Source: Bugula neritina (lineage: Eukaryota; Animalia; Bryozoa). Taken from it: 64,000 nucleotides of DNA. The stretch is taken from NCBI GenBank assembly GCA_964035545.1, contig OZ037770.1, forward strand, positions 7,818,973 through 7,882,972, read 5' to 3'. The notes under the pieces are model-generated. The model saw nothing but the letters and a program-made list of their open reading frames with translations, searched no databases and was not told the DNA's origin. This document shows positions 17,282 through 27,500 of the stretch, in pieces (positions within the stretch are counted from its first letter, which is position 1; each line of letters opens with the position of its first letter). The translations under genes and the position numbers were made by a program.

Positions 17282-18776
17282 ATGAAGTGTCTAGTGGTTG
17301 CCGTTGCTTTGCTGGCTTTTGCCTATGTAAGTTTTCTGATTCTCAAACAGTGTGTAGAATAGCGGGCATAGTTTACCAAAGAGTTTATAGTATAGCACCA
17401 TAGTTTACCAAAGAGTGTATAGTATAGCAGGCATAGTTTACCAAAGAGTGTATAGTATAGCAGGTCATAGTTCATTTCTGCAATTAGCACGCCATTGTGT
17501 GCACTCATTTAAATTTATTACGCAATTTTAGAAAATATCATCCAATTTATTTAGTAAATCTGGTGAAACAAGTTGTTTAGGCTTTATGCTATATACAAGT
17601 CTGTTCACAGTTGAGCTATAAAAATTTATAAGATTTACCATTGAAACTGGTTGAAACGAAAATATTAAATATTGTTATTTTAGCATGCGTATTTTTGTGT
17701 TTGGAAAGAATGTGTATATCCAATGAGAACACAATTGCACTGATAATGAGTTTAGTAAATAAATTTGCTTTTTAACTCGTATTTACATAATATTTTCTGT
17801 ACTGCTCAGCCAATTAAAGCGTGCTTGTATTAAAGTACTTTCTTGATTCAGAAATTATAGAATATGTGAAGCTTACACTATTTAGCACATTATTAGTTTT
17901 CTAAAAGAGGTGAGAGTAAAACTTGGTCGTGCTTAGTGCAGAAATTATCAAGAGCAGATAAACCCTTAGTCATAGTAATCACCATCTAGTATAACACTCT
18001 GCTGGTTCCCTGTACTAATACATGTGTAGAGGCTGTAATACCAAGTCTGAACCTGCCTGCTTTATTACATGCTACTTCATGTCACTACATTACACTAAAT
18101 TACACTACATGACGCTACATTGCACTACATTAGACTACTTTGCAATACATTCTTATATGCTGCTGTAAATAGGCTGCCGACATCAAGGAATGCTCGCCAA
18201 CAGCAGATGATCCCGGATGTTCAGATGACGAATGCTGCATCCCAGAACAAGAGTTCTTCAAAGTGAGCAAAAGAGATGACATACTGCCAATTGAGCAACT
18301 CAAACCAATCTTTCCATGGGGAAACAGAGAAGGTGATAAATTAATAAATATACCATTTTGATAACCAGTCTAATATCTCAGCTACTTTAATGATTACTTA
18401 TCTAGCAAGCTGCATGAATAATGTTATCATTGGAAACAGCAATTGGCTTTGTACTTCATACTTTATTTAAAGGAAGCAAAATTGTTCCCTTTAAACTACA
18501 ACTTTTTTTGTACAAATAGTATTAGTTTGGATGTCACAGCAGCATAATATGAGCAGCTGATATATTGTTATAGGAAGATGCGTACAATACAAGCAAGAGG
18601 GAGAGAACTGTTACTCAATGGCCAGCTGGCAAGAGTGTGGTTGTGCTGATGGTCTGAGATGCCACTACACTCCAGCACCATCTGAGTTGAAGAGCCCAGA
18701 ACTCAAGAGAGCCATCCCTCCATGGCTGAGACCAAAGGGTGTGCATGCCTGCGTGGTTGACACTCCAGCCCAGTAA
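17282..18776 (+). CDS. Secreted 10-cysteine prokineticin/colipase-fold (astakine-like) precursor, copy A (135 aa)
   Basis: Exons 17282-17326, 18173-18332, 18574-18776, all GT-AG. Signal peptide MKCLVVAVALLAFAYA; Cys spacing C-8-C-4-CC-33-C-9-C-8-CxC-5-C-29-C, with the GRC..Y..EGE.C and CGCADGL.C motifs typical of the fold. AATAAA at 18850. Confidence 0.88.
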
Positions 18777-18898
18777 ACTTGATGACGTGAGGAAATGCCA
18801 GTTGATGTAACACAACTTTTGATATACCAACTTTGATAATATAATGCTAAATAAAACACCACCCATTCTTTTTGTTTTTTCAAAGTTATATCTTTATT

Positions 18899-19000
18899 TG
18901 TGTGTGTGTGTGTGTTGTGTGTGTGTGTGCGTGTGCGTGTGCGTGTATGTGTGTGTGTGTGTGTGTGTGTATGTGTGTGTGTGTGCATGTGTGTGTATGA
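18899..19000. repeat. (GT)n microsatellite
   Basis: Direct reading. Confidence 0.95.
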
Positions 19001-19583
19001 GTGTGCATGCAGCATGTCACATTGTGGTATAAGTAATGCAAGCATACATATTCACTACTGCACATAGGTAAATAAAGCAATATGTATCTTAAAATAGCTG
19101 ATGAATGTTAAAGGTTTGGTAAGCAAGGAGCATATATAAATAATAGAACTGAATGCTGGTTATCAAAGGATGTGAGACAATCAGTATTTGTAGTACAAGC
19201 CTCTCTTCAGCTAAATATAATAAATTTGTGAGCTTTAACATAAGACCATTTCAAAAAACTTGATTTCTGAAAATTGTAAATTTTAGAATAGGCGACTTTT
19301 AGCAAATAACTAGTTCAAAACCGAATTGTTATTTATTAGTAATACAACAGTCAATTTACTGTGTGCAGAAATGAAGCAGGGTTATAATTTTAAGCAACAT
19401 GTAAAGTATTATTCAAACAACCATTCTACTCATAGGTGACAAAGTAACAGCACATATCAGGCTAAATTTGTTGTCCTGTGAGTCACTAAATATACGAGAT
19501 TGACTGTGATGAACTCTTGTGTGTGAGAGTGTTTTGTAGGACTACAGGCTATATTAGTATATGTATGTAGTATCCATAAGTAT

Positions 19584-19769
19584 GGGGCAGCTGTGGTCTA
19601 TGGGTTAGACTGTTGAAGCGTTCGCCTAGTAAGCATGAAGTCATGGGTTCGAACCACGACAAAGGCTATTGCTAGTACTAGGAAGAGCATCCAGTTATAA
19701 TTGCTCCTGTGTCCCATCTGAACAAGTCCTTAGCCCGATCGAACAAAAACTCTTTTCATCAATGAGGGC
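19584..19769 (+). mobile_element. tRNA-derived SINE with 15-bp target-site duplication
   Basis: A-box-like TGGTCTATGGGTTAG, B-box GGTTCGAACC; flanked by AGTATCCATA(A/G)GTAT at 19569-19583 and 19770-19784; absent from the paralogous segment near 26750. Confidence 0.85.
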
Positions 19770-20121
19770 AGTATCCATAGGTATTGAATGTATTAGCTTT
19801 TTGCTGGCGTATCCATGACAACATGACATTTTAACATAGCCTCCTATGACTCACAAGTAGGTTTTGAATCTCAGATCTGGTAGTCATATACAAACAGGCT
19901 ACTCACTCAGTGACCATAAGGCTCAGCTTCTGTACATATAGAAAGCTTCATAGGAATTGTCTTTCCCAACCAAGCAGCCAACCAAATGATTTTGCTACAC
20001 ACCAACAATAAAGTATAGTATACATCAAGCAAAACAGTTTTATAACTTTATTTTGTACTTGACTGAAGTTTAAAATTTGCTAGCTTTAAGTAATTAAAGT
20101 TAAAAGTAGAGCGTGACTTAT

Positions 20122-20210
20122 CTTTAGTGCTTGCATATCTTGATAGAGTTGCTCAGCATTTGATACTCCCAACACAACACACTGTATGTTCTCGTTCTTA
20201 ATACACCAGG
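20122..20210 (-). pseudogene. Duplicated Kv-beta exon 13 (pseudo-exon), donor GT mutated to AT
   Basis: Encodes [30 protein letters not shown]; 3 nt differences from 27094-27182; acceptor CAG intact, donor AAG|ATAAGT. Confidence 0.85.
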
Positions 20211-20711
20211 CTGTCGGTATAGTATAATTTGATGTGATATAATATAATATAAGTTAGTGGTATAATATAATGTAGTATAATGTAGTATAACGTAATATAA
20301 TATAGTACAATATGATATAATGCAATATAATATGATGTAATATATTATGATACAATATAACATAATTTGATGTAAAATTATATAGTATAATGTAAAATGA
20401 AATGATATTTTTAAAAATTTTCAAGGTGAGTTACTTAAAGCTGGTGAACTAGAATCTGATGTATCAATCGAGAGGTTACTTGCTAACTTCAGGGTAAATA
20501 CTTTGCCTTATGCAGACAAGTTAGATCAGTTTACAGTTTCTCGCGATGTTGCCCTCTCTAGAGCACACACTTCAATCCACCACTGGAGAGAGTGGGCACA
20601 ACAGATGGTGTCCTGATAGCAAGTGTCAACATACTATTTAACCATAGATTTACCTGCTGGTGGTCACTTTATATCTGGTTACTGGGTGAAGGAGTCCTGC
20701 TCACAGCTACA

Positions 20712-23101
20712 ATGAAGTGTCTAGTGGTTGCCGTTGCTTTGCTGGCTTTTGCCTATGTAAGTTTTCTGATTCTCAAATAGTATATAGTATAGCAAGCATA
20801 GTTTACCAAAGAGTTTATAGTATAGCAGGCATAGTTTACCAAAGAGTGTATACTATAGCAGGCATAGTTTACCAAAGAGTGTATACTATAGCAGGCATAG
20901 TTTACCAAAGAGTGTATAGTATAGCAGGCAAAGTTGACCAAAGAGTGTATACTATAGCAGCATAGTTTACCAAAGAGTGTATACTATAGCAGGCATAGTT
21001 TACCAAAGAGTGTATAGTATGGTAGTCATAGTTTACCAAAGAGTGTATAGTATAGCGGCATAGTTTACCAAGGAGTGTATAGTATAGCAGCATAGTTTAC
21101 CAAAGAGTGTATAATATAGCAGGCATAGTTTACCAAAGAGTGTATAGTATAGCAGGCATAGTTTACCAAAGAGTGTATACTATAGCAGCATAGTTTACCA
21201 AAGAGTGTATACTATAGCAGCATAGTTTACCAAAGAGTGTATAATATAGCACCATAGTTTACCAAAGAGTGTATAATATAGCACCATAGTTTACCAAAGA
21301 GTGTATAGTATGGTGGGCATAGTTCATTTTCTGCAATCAGGACAACATTGTCTGCACTAATTTATGTAAGTTTAATACACAGTTTTAAAAAAATATTGCA
21401 AAATTTATTTGATAGGTCAGATGAAACAAATTATTAAAGCTTTATGCAAGTCTGTTCACAGTTGAGCTTTCAAAATCTGAACAATTTGCCATTAAAGCTG
21501 GTTGGAACGAAATGAAATCGGTAGAAAAACATATTAAAATATTAAATATTTTCAATTTTGTGTATCAAATGAGCATACAGTTGCACTGATAGTGAGTCTA
21601 GTAAATAAATGTGTTTTTTAACTTATATTTACATAATATTTTCTGTACTGCCCAGCCAATTAAAACAAGTGAGTATAAAAGCATTTTTATACAAAAATTA
21701 TAGAATATGTGAGGCTTGCACCATCTAGCGCATTATTAGTTTTCTAAAAAGGGGGTGTACTTAGTATAGAAATTATCAAGAGCAGATAAACCCTTAGTCA
21801 GAGTAATCACCATCTAGTATAACACAGCTGCTGGTTCCCTGCACTAATACATGTGTAGAGGCTGTAATACCAAATCTGAACCTGCCTGCTTTATTACATG
21901 CTACTTCATGGCACTACATTGCACTACATTACAATGCATTACACTACATGACACTACATTAGACTACATGACACTACATTGCACTACATTAGACTAAATT
22001 ACACTACTTGACACTACATGACACTACATTGCACTACATTGTACTACATGGCACTGCATTACAGTACACTCCATTACACTACATTGCATTACATGGCACT
22101 ACATTACACTAAATGGGGCTACATGGCACTACATTACACTACATGGCATTACATGGCACTACATTACGCTACATTACACTACATTACACTACATTACACT
22201 ACATTAGACTACTTTGCAATACCTTCTTTTATGCTGCTGTAAATAGGCTGCCGACATCAAGGAATGCTCGCCAACAGCAGATGATCCCGGATGTTCAGAT
22301 GACGAATGCTGCATTCCAGAACCAAACTTCTTTCTTATCACTAAAAGAAATGACCTACAATCACTTGCGGATGGTCATTCAATAGTTCCATGGGGCGACA
22401 GAAAAGGTGGGAAGTCAAAATGGAGTTCTGAATAGTGGCTGAGTCTTAAATGAAATTGTTTATGGCTGCAATCATGACATCTAGAAAGAGCTCATGTTGG
22501 TTATGAGGGAAGGGAGATAAATCTGCTTCAACAGAGTAAAAGACACCGGCATCATATTGCATGAACAGGAGCCATGCAAGCATTAATTCAGCATTCAGAA
22601 AGTACCAAACCTATGCAATTGTATATTCCACTTGGCCTCAAAGCTATACTCAACCCACCTAATTATTATGACATAAATTGATAACCAAGTAATTACCATC
22701 TCGTGTTACTCCAATAATTACTAATCTAGTAAGCTGTGTGGTAAATTTTAACTTTGAGCAACAGCAATTTGTTTTGTAGCAGCTAGTATATTGCCATAGA
22801 ACGATGTAAACCATACATATACATACAAGCAGCGGTGATATTGTACTATAGGAACATGCATGCAATATATATGAGCAGCTAGTATATTGTTATAGGAAGA
22901 TGCATACAATACAAGTATGAGGGAGATGGCTGCCACTCGTGGGCCAGCTTTCAAGAGTGTGGCTGTGCTGATGGTCTGAGCTGTAAATTTGTTCCATCTG
23001 ATTTGGAAAGCCCAGAACGGAAGAGAGCCATTCTTTCATGGCTTATACTAAATAGTGATTATGCCTGCGTGGTTGACACTCCAGCCCAGGAAACCTTATG
23101 A
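20712..23101 (+). CDS. Secreted 10-cysteine prokineticin/colipase-fold precursor, copy B (136 aa)
   Basis: Exons 20712-20756, 22247-22406, 22896-23101; same signal peptide, same 10 Cys and both KR sites as copy A; open frame to ...ACVVDTPAQETL*. Confidence 0.88.
20778..21322. repeat. 30-33-bp minisatellite (CATAGTTTACCAAAGAGTGTATAGTATAGCAGG)n in intron 1 of peptide B
   Basis: About 16-17 units here versus about 3 at the paralogous position 17360-17470. Confidence 0.92.
21895..22212. repeat. (CACTACATTA)-like low-complexity repeat before exon 2 of peptide B
   Basis: Direct reading; shorter paralogue at about 18065-18140. Confidence 0.88.
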
Positions 23102-23453
23102 CGTTAGAGAGCGCTAGTTGATGTATAACACATTTGTTAATATACTAGTACAACTTTGCTAATATAATGCCAAGTAAAACACCACTTATTCTTTTTTGAA
23201 TTGTCACATTGTATTATAACTGCAAGCATGCATACTCACTATATAAGTAAATAAAACAATATATATCATAATTATTAATCAGCAAGCTGGAGTAGTTGGT
23301 AATAATTGAACATTATTAATTCTAGTTTTATGGCCTGCAATACACTATAACATTTGCTTGGTAATTTATCTAGTATAAACACTTTAATTTTTCTTACCTT
23401 TAATAACAGCTGATTAAAAGCACCTGATTATATTAGTTAATTATGCACTAGGC

Positions 23454-23792
23454 CAGGGCTGTCCAACAGGCAGCCCCGGGGTCGGGTGTGGCCTCCAGCC
23501 TTCATTTATGTGGCCCTCAAAGGCATAAAGCTAAAATTATTTTTCACCATATACATGAATTGGAGTGAAAAGCCACTTTTTAAATGCCTTATTTATGCAA
23601 ACAACATAAAACATGCAGCCTGCAGTTACTATTGTGAGTTAATTGTGTAATGATTCATGAAGTTTTGAAATAGAGCAGTTTGAAAAATACTTATCCTGTG
23701 GCCCCCAGCACAAGCTGAAGCTTACAATGTGGCCCTCTCCATAAAATATTATATTTCTGTGGCCCTCGGTTTGAAAAGGTTGGACACCCCTG
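23454..23792 (-). mobile_element. Non-autonomous hAT-type MITE with perfect 8-bp TSD
   Basis: TIRs CAGGGCTGTCCAA / TTGGACACCCCTG; TSD CACTAGGC at 23446-23453 and 23793-23800. An 8-bp TSD is diagnostic of hAT. Confidence 0.9.
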
Positions 23793-23811
23793 CACTAGGC
23801 TATAGCTCTTC

Positions 23812-23938
<127 letters not shown>

Positions 23939-24506
23939 GCAACATGTGTTTTATGCTTGTATTGTAAAAGGGCAAAGTTCAACAGTGGAGATTCTTTATT
24001 AAAAAATCGGTCAACGTTGCTTCAAATATGTAAATTATATTACAGGCCTGACTAAAACACAAAACACAAATATAGTCGAAAAATAAAATTTAATGAACCC
24101 TTATATTATTGTGTTGGGAAAATTATAGAAACTTTACGTTAATGTAACAACATCGAAAGCAGATGCTAGTAACATGTCTATCAGCAACCTCTTCGTCTAA
24201 CTAATATAATGCCATGTACTAGGTTTTCTGTTTGTAAGCAGTGACTGTGCCTGGCTATATCTTTCTTACATATTACTAGTCACTGCATAAAAGGCATAAA
24301 TCTGTGTATCAACATACTAGTGAAAAAATATCACAAACTTTGAAAATAAAAAGCATTTCTCTACAAATGAAACCTATGAAATGTACTGTACACTATAATG
24401 TATATCTTGGAGTTGTCTACACATGGAAGGTGCATTATATTCTAAACTGTAGAGTTGTCTTCTCTCTGAATGAAAAGTACTAAAGGCGTGCTGTTACTAA
24501 ACACTG

Positions 24507-27500
24507 TCACCGTTCTATGCGAGTCCCGGTGTACGGCATGTTGCACAGTATTTTCTCTATCTGTATGTTCACTGAATGACTAATTCTATCCACAACCTGC
24601 AACCACAAGAGAACTACACTTCTGCACAGGTGGAGTAGTAACTTGTGTTAAAAGTATCTACGAACTTGCCACAGTTGGAGGAGTTGTGCCCTCTAAACAG
24701 TTTTTCATTTGGAAAATTTTTGGTGCCTTTCGTAAATTTATGATTTGAGTCTTGATACAAATCCTGTAAGCACTTTGAGGTGTTCAGGATTTGTCTCAAA
24801 TTAAACTCAAATCATAAACTTTTGAAAGCAACATTTTTTTAGAATCATAATCATCGCCAAACTGTAAATAGGCTCAGCTGCATCCATTTCCAAGTGTATC
24901 CTTCCTTTCTTTAAACTGTCTTATATAAAATTATGTGAGTCATAAAATTGGTAATGTGTTACCAGAGAGGACAACTACATATTCAGCACTTAGAAAATCA
25001 GCCTAGTGTACAGCATGTTACTCAAGCTATGAACAGACAACCATATTGTAAGTAAAACTATATGTGCAGTCATCAAAGCCATGTGTACACTTTGAGCACT
25101 ATCAATAACTTTACAACAGTATGTACAAGCACTGCATAGTACATACTGTTGAATAAACAGTGTCTGCAACTGTATATATGCATAACTGTGTGTGCATACT
25201 ATGTAACTGTATACAGTAGTACACAAGCATCACTGTGTATATAGCTGTATATACAACTTTGCATGCTGCAGTTGTGCTTACAGGTGTATGTGTGTGTTGT
25301 GTGTTGTGTGTGTGTTGTAGTTGCCTATACTGTCAGGTATACACAGTTGTATACACAGTTGTATACACAGCTATATAGATATGAGTTTAGAATACAATAT
25401 TCATAAACAATTATTGGATAACAATGTGCATACTACATGTACCTTTACAACAAAATGTGTTACAAAATACATACAACTACATGCACACTGGATGCCGTTA
25501 TAATATAGCAGATATATGCATGCTTGTAAAAGCATTCAGCTAAGTGAATGAAACAACAATGCTGACAGGAATGCTAAGGTGCTTGTGTGTCACAGTTAGT
25601 TTCCTGTCAAGAACAGACAACTTCTCGTGCTAAAACATCTGCTAGACCATGACTACACTGAAATACAAGCCTGTATCTACCTGCAATGGCTGTCAGAATA
25701 CAACAATGACTGCTAGTCGATATGAAAGTGAGGGTGGAGCATACAGACAGCCATGCTTATTACTGTCAGCTATGACAAGAGCAAAGGCTAGCTATTAGTA
25801 CTTCAGTATACTGACACTATAAACAAACAGGTAGGGAGGACTATCAGTAGTCGGTGCTAACGGTAAGGCAGAAGCTTTTTCTTGTCCCCTGGACTTCTAC
25901 CAGGATACTCTAAGTCGTAGCATAGCTGTGGGGAAGTGAGTGCACTACGCTGGTTCAGTATGCGTGTTATTTCATTCATTATCTGCTTGCTAAGACGTGG
26001 AACTAGCTAGAGGGTAAAGGCATACAATACTATATTAAATCATTACCAATTCAATTTAATCTTAGAAACGATAAGGTTGATACTACAAAGTATGGGAAAT
26101 TGTGAATTGGTAAGCAAAACATAGTTAAAAGGTGCAAATAGCTGATGAATGTTAAAGGTTTGGTAAGCAAGGAGTAGATATAAATAATAGAGCTGAATGA
26201 TGTTTGTCAAGGGATCTGAGGCAATCAGTATTTGTAGTACAAGCCTCTTCTTAGCTAAACATGATGAATTTGTGACCTTGTACATGTCAATATTTCAAAA
26301 AGATTCGTTGCTGAAAATTGCAATTTTAAGAATAAAGAACTTCTAGCAAGTGGTTTTTCTAAAACCGAATTGTTATTTATTAGTAATACAACAGTCAATT
26401 TGCTGTGTGCAGAAATGAAGCAGGGTTATAACTTTAAGCAATATTTAAAGTGTTATTCAAGCAACCATTCTACTTGTGGGTAAAAAAGTAACAGCGCATA
26501 TCAGGTTAAATCTGCTGTCCTGTGAGTCACTAAATATACGAGATTGACTGTGATGAGGTCTTGTGTGAGAGAATGTTTTGTAGGACTACAGGCTATCACT
26601 CTGTTTCCAAGCTTTGCATTATGCAAAATAAATTTTTCATTCAATGTTTGGAAACAGTTACATAAAATGGAACCACAACCATAAGTTCATGTAAATCACA
26701 ACCACAAATCCATCCCTTGAAGCAATGGAAACACATACGTATGTTGCATCCATTAAATGTATCAGCTTTATGCTGGCGTATCCATGACAACGTGACATTT
26801 CAACATGGCCGCCTATGACTCACGAGTAGGTTTGGAATCTCAGATCTGGTAGTCATATACAAACAGGCTACTCACTTAGTAACCATGAGCCTCAAATTTC
26901 GTCTCAAATAGAAGGTTTTCATAGGAAATGTTTTACCAACGAGGCAGCCAATAAAATGAGTTTGTTACAAACCAACAATAAAGTATATTCATCAAAACAG
27001 TTTTATAACACTTTCAACTTTATTTTATACTTGACTGAAGTTTAAAATTTGCTAGCTTTAAGTAATTAAAGTTAAAAGTAAAGCGTGACTTACCTTTAGT
27101 GCTTGCATATCTTGATAAAGTTGGTCAGCATTTGATACTCCCAACACAACACACTGTATGTTCTCGTTCTTAATGCACCAGGCTGTTAGTATAGTATAAT
27201 ATGATGTGATATAATATGATATAATATAATATAGTGTAATAGTATAATATTGATATAGTATAATGTAGTATAATATTATATAATATAATATAGTATAATA
27301 TGATGTGATATAATACGATATACTATAATATAGTGTAGTATGATATAATATTATATAATATAATGATATAGTATAATGCAATATAATGTAATAATATAAT
27401 ACATTGTACTATAAAACAATATAATATACTATAATATTATTTGACTCATGATCATAGAAAGAAGACGATTCCAAGATTATTGTTACTTAGTTTCAATCTT

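Larger units (their letters stand above)
19092..20330. repeat. Direct segmental duplicate of about 26136-27380 (Kv-beta intron plus exon 13)
   Basis: Long collinear near-identity, e.g. AAATAGCTGATGAATGTTAAAGGTTTGGTAAGCAAGGAG and AAAACCGAATTGTTATTTATTAGTAATACAACAGTCAATTT occur at both loci. Confidence 0.95.

Noticed and set aside
17162-17362. ORF-track N-terminal extension MGTTDGV... of the peptide genes (also 20592)
   Set aside because: Starts at a GTG; the ATG at 17282/20712 directly precedes a canonical signal peptide.
19584-19670. Possible tRNA gene
   Set aside because: A and B boxes are present but there is no convincing cloverleaf or acceptor stem; flanking TSD and an empty paralogous site indicate a SINE.
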